A DNA stretch of 64,000 nt, from contig CAJWBJ010000005.1 of assembly GCA_913020495.1 (NCBI GenBank), positions 1,731 through 65,730 of the forward strand, given 5' to 3'. Under the pieces are notes generated by a model. It searched no databases and had not been told where the DNA came from. It worked only from the letters and a program-made list of their open reading frames with translations. The translations under genes and the position numbers were made by a program. Below, one piece after another: positions 1 through 9,520 of the stretch (positions are counted from its first letter, which is position 1; each line of letters opens with the position of its first letter). This DNA comes from an uncultured Oleiphilus sp. (GTDB lineage: Bacteria > Pseudomonadota > Gammaproteobacteria > Pseudomonadales > Oleiphilaceae).

Positions 1-337
1 TTTTTTCATTTTAACCCACCGCAGTTCTTTGTTCGCAGGCTATACTACAAAGCGCTACGTGTAAATTTGTTATATCTTTGAAATATGGAAATGAGACCTA
101 TGGCGCTTTTTCTTTGAGGTTTTGAAACTAAAGAGTAAGCAAACAATTTAAAATACTGCACTTTTTTGGTTGATTATAAATATGTCATATATCGACCCAA
201 ATAATATCATCGCAGCATGGTAAAATGATGGGAGATTAATTTTTTTGAATTTTAATCATTAATAGCTTTGCTGGTTTATGCTGATAGAGCAATGATTATG
301 TTGAGTACCTTAAACTGTTAATGGCCTTTCTTTCCGA

Positions 338-1024
338 ATGCGACTTGATAAATTTATTTGTAAAAGCACAGAACTAAACCGTACTGAAGCAAGTGTTTTT
401 CTTCAAAACCGGCAGGTGACAATTGATAATGAAATTTTTACCAATGGAGCAGTACAAGTACATGAAAATAATGTCGTAGCCTTGGAGGATATGACGCTGA
501 CACTTCGTCCTTTTCGTTACTTATTGATGCATAAGCCAGCGAGTACTTTATGTTCAAATGTTGATGAAAAGTATCCATCAATTTTCAATTTCATTAACGT
601 AAATAAAAAGTCAGAACTGCATGTTGTTGGCCGTTTAGACGCCGACACTACTGGTTTGGTTTTAATGACTGACGATGGGAGCTGGACCTATAAAATAATT
701 ACACCCGGTGCGCAGTGCGAAAAAGTATACCGAGTGTATCTGCGTGATGAGCTTACTGTGGATGCCGTTATAAAACTCGAAAAAGGCGTCATGCTACAAG
801 GTCTTGATGAGCCGACGTTACCTGCAAAAATTGAAATACTAAGTGCTAACGAAGTACTTTTGACCATTACACAGGGTAAGTTTCATCAGGTTAAACGAAT
901 GTTTCGGGCAGTTGGGAATCGTGTAAGGCGATTGCATCGAGAAAAAATCGGTCAAGTTTCTCTCGATGTTGAGCTAGGGGAGTGGCGTTATTTAACTGAT
1001 ATTGAAATCAATTCTTTTTATTAG
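338..1024 (+). CDS. rsuA: 16S rRNA pseudouridine(516) synthase RsuA
   Basis: 228 aa. S4-like N-terminus MRLDKFI, catalytic GRLDADTTGLVLMTDDG, CEKVYRV, GKFHQVKRMF..VGNRV..LHREKIG. Collinear with E. coli RsuA as I recall it. Confidence 0.85.
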   Translation: MRLDKFICKSTELNRTEASVFLQNRQVTIDNEIFTNGAVQVHENNVVALEDMTLTLRPFRYLLMHKPASTLCSNVDEKYPSIFNFINVNKKSELHVVGRLDADTTGLVLMTDDGSWTYKIITPGAQCEKVYRVYLRDELTVDAVIKLEKGVMLQGLDEPTLPAKIEILSANEVLLTITQGKFHQVKRMFRAVGNRVRRLHREKIGQVSLDVELGEWRYLTDIEINSFY

Positions 1025-1128
1025 CTTAGCTCTACCTGCAAGCGTTTTATGAAAGTGATCGCAGCACCCACTGCGTCCACCAACAAAATTGCCTTATTTT
1101 TTTCTATTTTTGACCCAGGACACCCCGA

Positions 1129-2016
1129 TTAATTAGTGAAATTAAAAGGCGCACGATATTTTTCGTTTGGTAAGTCAAAACATGCATTCATATGTGAGGC
1201 ATAACGAAATTGAAACGGCTGCGGTTCAATTTCCAAGTTACGCAACATATCACCGCTCGGGCCCGGGCCTATCGTCATTACCCCAGAGTCATCTCCGCCA
1301 CTTGTCCATAATCTATCCATATACTTATTAACGTTAAAACTGCCTTTAAATTGAGTAGCGCTTTGTAGCAAGGTCTTGTCCAGCTTGGAGTAAAGGTTTG
1401 ACTTGACTTCAAACTCTGTGGCTTTACCAGAAGTAGGCACAGAAAGAGAAAAGTATTCATTTCCCTGTTCATCGGTTGCCGTGGTTTTAGAAAAACCATG
1501 CTCAACACCTATATCGATAGTGTCTACGACTTTAGGCAACCCCCATATTTTACTTCCCCTGATCTGGTTCTCTAGTGAGGTGACCGGCATATGAAACACG
1601 TAATAACCAAATTTTTTGAATAGGCTATCCACTACGATAGGCAGCACAGGAATATTAATAGAAGGGTCAACCATGACAGGAATAGTCATAGCAATTTCAT
1701 TATAAGGCGCCACTCCACACACTTGCTTGTATTCATAACAAGAGAAGGTGACGATTGCACGCCCCTTTGTCATGGCGACGGGCTTCATGTGAGGGTGCGG
1801 TAGCATGGCTTGCGCTTTGTCATAGTCACACAGGAACACACCGATGGCACAGGTCACATCACCGTAGAATGTAGGAAACAAATAGTCTTTGCTGATAGCA
1901 TCTGTAAGCTCTAATGGTTGTTTATTCTTGCGTAAATTAAACTGTTGGAAAAAGTCATCAGTGAAATCTGCTTCATTGGCAAGGACGCCTGGCTCAATAT
2001 TAAAATTCGGTTTCAT
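1129..2016 (-). CDS. acetoacetate decarboxylase (ADC)-family protein, function unknown
   Basis: 295 aa, ATG start. FPTFYGD, YNEIAMTIPV and GSKIWGLPK blocks resemble the ADC-like family. Assignment is from memory only. Confidence 0.5.
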   Translation of the reverse strand: MKPNFNIEPGVLANEADFTDDFFQQFNLRKNKQPLELTDAISKDYLFPTFYGDVTCAIGVFLCDYDKAQAMLPHPHMKPVAMTKGRAIVTFSCYEYKQVCGVAPYNEIAMTIPVMVDPSINIPVLPIVVDSLFKKFGYYVFHMPVTSLENQIRGSKIWGLPKVVDTIDIGVEHGFSKTTATDEQGNEYFSLSVPTSGKATEFEVKSNLYSKLDKTLLQSATQFKGSFNVNKYMDRLWTSGGDDSGVMTIGPGPSGDMLRNLEIEPQPFQFRYASHMNACFDLPNEKYRAPFNFTN

Positions 2017-2205
2017 GTGGTTTCCAGCAATTAGGTATTTGATGCGATTATTGTGACCAACATTTAAATATTCGAAAATAGTAAAATTAGCCTAACGATA
2101 AGATCAAAATATAGCAAAAAAAATGGAAACAGATCTATTGAATTGCCAGATAGCCACTTAACAATAAGCGCCTGTCTACTTGCATGTAAAACTATATAGC
2201 AAGAG

Positions 2206-2234
2206 TTGACAAGGCGGTTCTAATATCAATAATT
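2206..2234 (+). promoter_or_regulatory. candidate sigma-70 promoter for the MaoC-like gene
   Basis: TTGACA (2206-2211), 17-nt spacer, ATAATT (2229-2234), about 155 nt upstream of the ATG at 2391. Confidence 0.3.
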
Positions 2235-2390
2235 AAAACGTATTCATATCTATAACGATTAATGACTGGGACAATATCTTCAAATTTGGCTATACAAAAT
2301 CATAGCCTCTATCGTAAAGGCCATTGATTAGTAGCAAAAACCCATTAAGCTAGAGTACTTTCAATCATAAGCCAATAATACGGTCTCAAA

Positions 2391-3281
2391 ATGTCTGATA
2401 TCCAGCAAAATTACAGTTCAAAACCCAAGAATGGTCCCGCCATGTTTCGTGCTCTTGTATTACCGCGAAAAGGCTTCAACACCGACGTTGGATTGCCTGT
2501 TATCAAGGCAACTTGGTCTGGGGCTCAAGTTGATCAAAAGGCTTTAAGCGAATATTTAGTCACGCTTAACTTAGGAAAAAATCAACACCTACCGATTCTA
2601 TACCCTCATGTCATGGCGGGTAGCATGCATATGAATATGCTGAGCCATAAAACGTTTCCTATTCGTTTGCTGGGTTCGGTGCATTTGAAAAACCGCATTA
2701 CTCAATATAAGGCAATACCTGTCGATGCAGTAATGGATTTACACTCTGAAATTGCATCCTATCGATTAGTTGAAAAAGGTTTAGAGTTCGATTTCACCAC
2801 AGTGGTGACCATCAATGGTGAAAAGGTTTGGGATGAAGTCAGTATCTACTTTCAAGCAGGGCGCTTTGGTGGAAAAACAAATGCAAGTAAAGAAAAAAGT
2901 TTTGAACTGGATAGTCTAAAGGAGCCAGAGAAAACGGGAAGCTGGAAGGTTCCTAATAACCGAGGCAAGAAGTATGCAAAAATTACCGGTGATTATAATC
3001 CAATTCACATGTCACCCTGGGCAGCCAAGTTGTTTGGTTTTAAGCGTGATATTGCCCATGGATTTGGTGTGCTAGCAGAAGCAATCGAGTATTCCACAGC
3101 AATTGAGCAAGCTGGTGGAGTTAAAAAAACGCTGCAAGTAGATGTCGCGTTTAAAGGCCCCGTCTATTTAAATAGCGAGGTCTATTTACTACAAAATACT
3201 CAACAGAACGCAAACCGATTTGATGTGTATTGTGGTGAAAACCCAAAGCCAAGTATCTGTGGTGAAGTGATTGCGCTTTAG
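2391..3281 (+). CDS. MaoC-like enoyl-CoA hydratase/dehydratase (hot-dog fold)
   Basis: 296 aa. C-terminal GDYNPIHMSPWAAKLFGFKRDIAHGF matches the MaoC D-x-N-P-I-H hydratase motif. Confidence 0.75.
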   Translation: MSDIQQNYSSKPKNGPAMFRALVLPRKGFNTDVGLPVIKATWSGAQVDQKALSEYLVTLNLGKNQHLPILYPHVMAGSMHMNMLSHKTFPIRLLGSVHLKNRITQYKAIPVDAVMDLHSEIASYRLVEKGLEFDFTTVVTINGEKVWDEVSIYFQAGRFGGKTNASKEKSFELDSLKEPEKTGSWKVPNNRGKKYAKITGDYNPIHMSPWAAKLFGFKRDIAHGFGVLAEAIEYSTAIEQAGGVKKTLQVDVAFKGPVYLNSEVYLLQNTQQNANRFDVYCGENPKPSICGEVIAL

Positions 3282-3373
3282 TATGTAGGGCTTGAGATTA
3301 CGAGTGCTCGCCATACTTTTTTCCGTCAATAATAGTGGTAAATTAAGTTTTACAACAAACTCTTTTAGGCCCC

Positions 3374-4618
3374 ATGAAGAAATCATTAGCCGCCATTATC
3401 ATTACTGCCTTAATCCCTTCATTAGCATTTTCAGCAATGAAAGAGTTTATCCGTGATTATACCTATCGTGCTGGGGAAGCAGACTCAAAGATCAGTTCCA
3501 GGCGTGTGGCACTAAGTGCTGTACGTCTAGAGCTGTTAGGCGAGATTGGAACCTACATTCACTCAGAGCTGACCATAAAGCAGAATGGGAAAAACTCAGA
3601 TGTCACAGAACATGATATAAAAGCCTTAAGTGCCGGTTTTGTGAAGGTGGAGACTCTGGAGGAAAAATGGGACGGCTATGAGTTTTACATCAAAGCACGA
3701 CTACACACAGATGTAGACCAAGTACTGAAGCAAGTAGAAGAACTCCAGTCGGATGACCAAGAAAAACAGCGACAACGTCAACAGCTATTAGAGTCTCAGA
3801 AGGCTAATGCGGCGTTACTTAAAAAAATTGCACTCCTACAAAAAGAAGTTGCTATCAGCGTTAATCAATCACCAGAAATAATTGAAAGGGTTGCCGTAAA
3901 GTACCAGAAAGCACAGCAAGAATTGTCAGCTCAAGAGTTAGTAATAAAAGCAAATATATACTATTTACAGGATAACCCTGATTATGTAGAAGCGGTATTT
4001 TGGTACAAGAAAGCAGCCAATTATGGGCTAGCTAACGCTCAGTATGTTTTAGGGGTGATGCGCGAGATGGGCCAAGGTGTTAAGCAGGATGATGCAGCAG
4101 CCGTGATATGGTATCGCCAAGCCGCCAAGCAAGGGCTAGCGAATGCACAGTACAATTTAGGCGTGATGTACGAGATGGGCCAAGGTGTTAAGCAGGATGA
4201 TGCTGCAGCCGTTATATGGTATCGCCAAGCTGCCAAACAAGGGCTTGCGAATGCACAGTACAATTTAGGCGTGATGTACGAGACGGGTCAAGGCACTAAG
4301 CGGGATAATGCTGAAGCAGTTACGTGGTACCGCCAAGCTGCCAAACAAGGGTTAGCGAATGCACAGTACAATTTAGGCGTGATGTACGAGACAGGACAGG
4401 GCGTCAAACGGGATAACTCAGAAGCTGTAAGTTGGTACCGCCAAGCTGCCAATCAGGGGCTAGCTGATGCGCAGTACAATTTAGGGGAACTGTTCGCGGC
4501 GGGCCAAGGTGTTAAGCAGGATGCTGCTGAAGCAATAATTTGGTATCGCCAAGCTGCCAATCAGGGGCATACAATGGCAAAGAAACAACTGATAGAACTT
4601 GAACGAGGAATTGAGTGA
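3374..4618 (+). CDS. secreted Sel1 (SLR) repeat protein
   Basis: 414 aa. Signal peptide MKKSLAAIIITALIPSLAFSA, Q/E/K-rich coiled-coil middle, then six 36-aa Sel1-type units (AQYNLGVMYE-GQGV-D-EAV-WYRQAA-QG). Confidence 0.85.
   Translation: MKKSLAAIIITALIPSLAFSAMKEFIRDYTYRAGEADSKISSRRVALSAVRLELLGEIGTYIHSELTIKQNGKNSDVTEHDIKALSAGFVKVETLEEKWDGYEFYIKARLHTDVDQVLKQVEELQSDDQEKQRQRQQLLESQKANAALLKKIALLQKEVAISVNQSPEIIERVAVKYQKAQQELSAQELVIKANIYYLQDNPDYVEAVFWYKKAANYGLANAQYVLGVMREMGQGVKQDDAAAVIWYRQAAKQGLANAQYNLGVMYEMGQGVKQDDAAAVIWYRQAAKQGLANAQYNLGVMYETGQGTKRDNAEAVTWYRQAAKQGLANAQYNLGVMYETGQGVKRDNSEAVSWYRQAANQGLADAQYNLGELFAAGQGVKQDAAEAIIWYRQAANQGHTMAKKQLIELERGIE
3992..4585 (+). repeat. tandem 108-bp coding repeats (about 5.5 copies) encoding the Sel1 units
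   Basis: Period is 108 bp = 36 codons. Neighbouring copies around 4070-4290 differ at only a handful of positions. The repeat also creates the mirror antisense ORF 4039-4263. Confidence 0.85.
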
Positions 4619-4732
4619 GGGTATAAATTTTATGATATTTACTAAGAAGTTTTAATACTTCATAGAGAGTGTATATTAACTCAATACTGCTAATAAACTT
4701 AGTTACTCGGAGCCTTAAAATTCAGGCTTAAA

Positions 4733-5020
4733 ATGAAGCCCATGCATATGACGGATAGTGAAAATAGATATTTAAGCACAATCAATACTACCTTTATTTT
4801 GCTTCTAATAATATATTTTCCAAACATGGCTTTTGCATCTAATGATAGCTGGGTAGGCGAAATATTTGTTTCTATATTTAAAGTTTTTGGCGTCATTTTG
4901 TTCCTCATGTTTTGTTTTGGTCTTTATAAATCAGAGGAACGAAAAGCATATTTGATTAGGGTTTTGTTAGGCGTCGCTCTATTTTGCACAACAATGTATC
5001 TAAATTTGTACCTTCTTTGA
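4733..5020 (+). CDS. small hypothetical membrane protein
   Basis: 95 aa with three hydrophobic helices. No recognisable family. Preferred over the overlapping antisense ORF 4699-4908 only on hydrophobicity pattern. Confidence 0.35.
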   Translation: MKPMHMTDSENRYLSTINTTFILLLIIYFPNMAFASNDSWVGEIFVSIFKVFGVILFLMFCFGLYKSEERKAYLIRVLLGVALFCTTMYLNLYLL

Positions 5021-5107
5021 GAATAAAATACATGAAAAGTTTCGTTCGCGTCGTCTAGTAACGAGCAGCTAGTCTGGAATTGATCACAAAACAGCATGGA
5101 GTTTAAT

Positions 5108-5344
5108 ATGAAAATTATGAGTTGTAAGCAATTAGGTGGGGCTTGTGAAAAAGAGTTTCAAGCTAGTTCATTTGATGAAATTGCTGAAATGAGCAAGAAG
5201 CATGGCATGGAAATGTTCCATAAAAAAGATGAGGAACATCTTAAAGCCATGAATGAAATGCAGCAGCTTATGCAGAAACCAGAAGCTATGAAAGAGTGGT
5301 TTGAAGGTAAGAGAAAAGAGTTTGAAGAATTGCCAGAAAGATAG
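5108..5344 (+). CDS. DUF1059-like small protein
   Basis: MKIMSCKQLGGACEKEF..FDEI..HGMEMF matches the DUF1059 N-terminal pattern. GGAG lies 6 nt upstream of the ATG at 5108, so I trim the track start of 5096. Confidence 0.6.
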   Translation: MKIMSCKQLGGACEKEFQASSFDEIAEMSKKHGMEMFHKKDEEHLKAMNEMQQLMQKPEAMKEWFEGKRKEFEELPER

Positions 5345-5455
5345 AGGTCAGGCACCTATAAAGCACAAGCACATAGTAACAAAGCTACGTGCCCCACTGT
5401 GTTTGCTTTGCTCTAAGCGTTACTTCTTTCAGTTATATTGTTATGGGCCATATCT

Positions 5456-5821
5456 ATGAATAAAAACTCGCTATTTGAACTAGCACTTTTTGACCCTGAG
5501 AATACGCTTATTACTTTACTAAAACTGCGAGATATAGGTTTTCGAAAGGTGCCTGTAACACGAAAGTTTGTTGTTGCTATGGACGAATCCATAGAAATCG
5601 TAAAGAATGATAGTGAAACCCAGATTGAAAGTCTCGTATTGATATTCATGGAATGGCTTAAAGAGAATCAATCTCGTAAATTACAGGCCCAGTTAATTGA
5701 CGGAAGCATTGTATATATTGATGAGCACGATATAGAAGGTGTTACCAATATACTAAAAAATTCGTTGAAAGTGACTGCATTTGACCCTGAATATAACAAC
5801 CGAATACTTAGTAGGAAATAA
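5456..5821 (+). CDS. hypothetical protein
   Basis: Open frame 5438-5821. The track start is TTG, and the first in-frame ATG is at 5456. No clear RBS and no recognisable domain. Confidence 0.35.
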   Translation: MNKNSLFELALFDPENTLITLLKLRDIGFRKVPVTRKFVVAMDESIEIVKNDSETQIESLVLIFMEWLKENQSRKLQAQLIDGSIVYIDEHDIEGVTNILKNSLKVTAFDPEYNNRILSRK

Positions 5822-6074
5822 TGTCATGATTAGGGCTGCTCAAAGATGGATTGTTGTGTTTTCATCAGAGTAAGGCATAAAAATTTAAATACGAGCCCTT
5901 TGAAAGAAAAATACAATAGCATGATCACCCAAAGTGGCAGCGTGCTAAACGCATTTTTATTTTGTATATAACCATCAGTCTGTTTCATATCGTGTAGGTA
6001 AGGGCTCTTTCAAATTGGGAGTATTAAGTGAACACGCATTGGTCGAATATTAATTTTCGAAATATAAAGCCCTC

Positions 6075-6407
6075 ATGTTTGAATTAAAAACTATCGCACT
6101 TTTTGTTATTACAGCCATCGCTGAAATTGTTGGGTGTTATTTACCTTATCTTTGGCTCAAACAAGACAAGAGTAGTTTGCTTCTAATTCCAGCTGCTCTA
6201 AGTCTTACATTATTCGCTTGGCTGCTGTCTCTCCATCCAACAGCCGCTGGACGTGTTTATGCTGCATATGGAGGCGTATACATTTTTGTAGCAATATTAT
6301 GGCTTTGGGGTGTTGATGGCGTTAAACCGACTACGTGGGATGTTGTAGGTACTCTAGTTGCACTAGTTGGTATGGCAATTATTATGTTCGCACCAAGAGA
6401 TTTATAA
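6075..6407 (+). CDS. ynfA: UPF0060 membrane protein YnfA
   Basis: 110 aa. [34 protein letters not shown] and [11 protein letters not shown] blocks match E. coli YnfA as recalled. Confidence 0.8.
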   Translation: MFELKTIALFVITAIAEIVGCYLPYLWLKQDKSSLLLIPAALSLTLFAWLLSLHPTAAGRVYAAYGGVYIFVAILWLWGVDGVKPTTWDVVGTLVALVGMAIIMFAPRDL

Positions 6408-6579
6408 GTATCTATGATCAGCTATAAAAGGTTTGTTGCTTTGGGCTTTACTGGTTTGAATATCCTTGGCATTATTTAAATGCTTACAGTTTTCTAAAAT
6501 AATATTTGCTAGTGAAAGTTTATAAAATGCATATAAATCAGTTCAATAATAAATTATCAAGGTGTTAAGTTTTCAAGTG

Positions 6580-6921
6580 ATGTTAAAATCTTTTATTCCA
6601 CTTGCCACAACGTTTTTTGCTATTGCCTCTTGTGTATTTATCCCAAAGATAAAGGAAGAGCAGAGTGTATCAGTCGTCTGTGATACTTATACAAAAGAAC
6701 TGACTTTATCCATAAGCACCATTCAAGCAAATGATTGTGGTAATGATATAGAAGCAGGCGCATGCTTATTATTGCTGGCTGTTGGAGTACCTGCAGTTTC
6801 TTTTGTAGTATCGGGTAGTGTTGTTTTAGTTGGCAACACGCTTCACTGGTTAGAGTATCAGGGAGCCTGTGAAGAGAGTTTTCTATCAAGCCAGATTGAA
6901 CTATTGAAGTCTAATATCTAA
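6580..6921 (+). CDS. hypothetical lipoprotein/membrane protein
   Basis: Frame opens at a GTG at 6562, with an ATG at 6580 giving MLKSFIPLATTFFAIASC (lipobox-like). There is a second hydrophobic segment. No known family. Confidence 0.35.
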   Translation: MLKSFIPLATTFFAIASCVFIPKIKEEQSVSVVCDTYTKELTLSISTIQANDCGNDIEAGACLLLLAVGVPAVSFVVSGSVVLVGNTLHWLEYQGACEESFLSSQIELLKSNI

Positions 6922-7153
6922 CAATTGAGTGAGTGTTAAGGTTAGTTCACTAAGAAAGTCAGTGAAGCAAAGGTGGAGCGCTTTATATTGATGAATTTAA
7001 GCTTGAACTTAGACATTTATATCAGCCCCCACTTCAGAAGGCCCATATTAAATAAATCATCGAGCAGAAAGGCAGTTCGTTGAACCGTGATTTCGTATGT
7101 GAGAAGTAAGCGCTATGTCCGGGTTAACTTGCTCATGTTTTTGGATGTGAGGA

Positions 7154-8413
7154 TTAACCAGTAACTAAGCCAAACTTTAACCCTTGAGCTTTATATTCCT
7201 GCAATTTAATACCAAATTCACCATCCGAATAGATTTCTTTGACCCGTAATGGTTTACCATTATTGTCTTTTTGATCTCTGCTTAAGTCGATAATTCGTTC
7301 GGCGCATGATTTCTTCTCTTTATCACGTACAACGATCACTTTTGGGCGTAACTTATTATTTCGCTGGCAGGATAAAATAATGCCAGCTTCACCATTGGTT
7401 AACTCAACAATATGCCCAGGAGGATAAATTCCAACTAATCTAATAAAAGTACGTACGATTTCTTCGTCAAATTGCTGGCCTCTGCAATCGTAAAGAATAC
7501 GCAAGCCTTCAAGTGTTGAGCGTCCATCACTATATACTCTGTCACTCGTTATAGCATCGAAGGCATCAACGACACTGACGATTTTCGCAAAAAATGGGAT
7601 GGACTCTGCAGTTACCCCTCTGGGGTATCCTTTACCATTCAAATGTTCATGATGATTATAGGCAACATCAACTGCAATAGGCGGGACATCAGATTTTGAC
7701 ATTAACAGTTTGCGCCCGTGGGTGGCATGGGTCTTTATCAAGTCATACTCTTCTTTATTTAGCGAGCCCTCTTTGTTTAGCACATCTATCGGGATGTTGA
7801 TCTTACCGACGTCGTGGAGCATGGCTGCTACACCTAAGTCTTCAAGCTCCTTTTCCATTAACTCTAATTCTCGCCCCAATGCGATGGAGATAATTGACAC
7901 TCGCAAACTATGTTCAGCAGTATAGTCATCTTTATCTTTTATTTGAGTTAGCCATAGCATGGCGTTGGGGTTTTTAAGTACACTTTTTACACAGCTCTTT
8001 ACGGCCGTTTTAACTTCTTGAGTGTTAATATCTTGAGATAAACGAAGGGCGCTCAGCGCATTATCTACCGTCTTTTTTGCATGATCATAATGTGAAACCG
8101 CAACGGCAAGCTCACGTTCTACCGGGACTTTATAAATTCGTCTATTTTTTATTTCAGTGCGTTTTTTTCGTTTTTCACGATAAGTCACGTGTGTTTGGGT
8201 GACATCAATGTAAACAAAATCACAATATTCATGCAGTTGATCAATTTCATCTTCGCTGCTGATTAGAAAGCCTTGGAATAGAAAAGGAGTGTCAATCCAG
8301 GGGCAGTCAAGCTCCACTACATACATACCCACCAGAAGATCGTGTACTGATACTTTTTCACGTACAAGCTGCTTGTTGACGTTGTAATGGTTGTAATTAT
8401 GTTCCCCGATCAT
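7154..8413 (-). CDS. HD-GYP domain cyclic-di-GMP phosphodiesterase with DUF3391-like N-terminus
   Basis: MLHDVGK and HHEHLNGKGYPRG motifs. The ATG at 8413 is preceded by GGAG, and the track start at 8431 is TTG. Confidence 0.85.
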   Translation of the reverse strand: MIGEHNYNHYNVNKQLVREKVSVHDLLVGMYVVELDCPWIDTPFLFQGFLISSEDEIDQLHEYCDFVYIDVTQTHVTYREKRKKRTEIKNRRIYKVPVERELAVAVSHYDHAKKTVDNALSALRLSQDINTQEVKTAVKSCVKSVLKNPNAMLWLTQIKDKDDYTAEHSLRVSIISIALGRELELMEKELEDLGVAAMLHDVGKINIPIDVLNKEGSLNKEEYDLIKTHATHGRKLLMSKSDVPPIAVDVAYNHHEHLNGKGYPRGVTAESIPFFAKIVSVVDAFDAITSDRVYSDGRSTLEGLRILYDCRGQQFDEEIVRTFIRLVGIYPPGHIVELTNGEAGIILSCQRNNKLRPKVIVVRDKEKKSCAERIIDLSRDQKDNNGKPLRVKEIYSDGEFGIKLQEYKAQGLKFGLVTG

Positions 8414-8625
8414 TAAAACTCCAAGAATCAAAAGTAATTTTGATTAGTTTAGCAGGAAACAAATAGTCGACAAACTAATGGCGAAGCCAATGTTAAGTTT
8501 AATAATTAGTGATATTTGAGAAATCGCGTTAGCGAGTTTATCAAATGTCATACTCTTACTTTAAAGCCAGAATAATAATTAACTACCCAAGCCTGAACGG
8601 AATATTAGTATCTGACTTCTCTGCT

Positions 8626-9339
8626 TTACCGAGCAAGGGAATAGTTAATAACTTGATACACTTCCTTGCTGAAACCCATACCAATATGTGAAGCGGAAAC
8701 TTCATGGTGTTGCACACTTGGTGACCAGTGATCAATACACCCCTGCCATGAAACAATTCCATCCTTTTTTGAATAAATTGCCGTAATAGGTTGTTGGATT
8801 GGTGTGGTGTAGCGTTCAATCATATCCTGTTCAATCTGCTTTGAATCCCATCCGAATAAACCAGATAACTTATGTAGTGCAGTAATTCTGGGGCCAACAA
8901 TGACGGGTGAACCCATGGTAACAACGTTGGAAACATGCTTAGGCCTGTGACGGGCGAGTTCTCTGGCGAATATACCGCCAAGGCTCCAGCCAACAAGCGA
9001 TATACCCCTACCATGCTTTTTATGAAGTGAGTCGATACGTTTAAGTAATGGCTTTATGAAGTTATCTATTTTGCTGTGATTTAAACCTAAGCCCCAGCTA
9101 TAGGCATAGTGCCCTTGCTTGCGTAGGAATTTTTTTAAGGGTAGAACAGATAAATCACCGCCACCAAAACCTGGGATGATGAGTACTGTTTTTGGGTTAA
9201 TTGTTTCAGGGCTGGGGATAGATGCCCATTTCAGTAAGTCTGAAAGATATATTCCGGAGAAAATTTCTCTGAGTTGTAACTTCAGAGGCGGGGGACTAAT
9301 TTCCGGATATTTGATATGAGCGCAGGTAATTTGATTCAT
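8626..9339 (-). CDS. alpha/beta hydrolase (lipase/esterase-like)
   Basis: Nucleophile elbow GWSLGG after LVGWS. The ATG at 9339 has GAGGAG 6 nt upstream, and the track start at 9345 is TTG. Confidence 0.65.
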   Translation of the reverse strand: MNQITCAHIKYPEISPPPLKLQLREIFSGIYLSDLLKWASIPSPETINPKTVLIIPGFGGGDLSVLPLKKFLRKQGHYAYSWGLGLNHSKIDNFIKPLLKRIDSLHKKHGRGISLVGWSLGGIFARELARHRPKHVSNVVTMGSPVIVGPRITALHKLSGLFGWDSKQIEQDMIERYTTPIQQPITAIYSKKDGIVSWQGCIDHWSPSVQHHEVSASHIGMGFSKEVYQVINYSLAR

Positions 9340-9520
9340 ATACAACTCCTCATTTACTGCTCTCTATTACTAATAGTTCTCTTTGTTTTGTTTAGCAACT
9401 ATTTCTATGAAAAAGGTGACATTCAAACTACTTATTGAATTAAAGTGAATTGCATAAATTGGTTAAGAAAAGACTGGGTTCTAAACTGTGATTTAGTACA
9501 TGAGTTGACGTGGAAAGAAA

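Noticed and set aside
1-9. TTTTTTCAT at the window edge, which is the start (ATGAAAAAA) of a minus-strand gene leaving the window, with a GGTGGG RBS-like sequence at 15-20
   Set aside because: Only three codons are visible, so neither the gene nor its product can be supported.
4039-4263. 74-aa antisense ORF inside the Sel1 repeat array, itself internally repetitive
   Set aside because: It is a mirror artefact of the 108-bp tandem repeats. The sense frame encodes canonical Sel1 units with a signal peptide, and the antisense frame has no RBS and no plausible fold.
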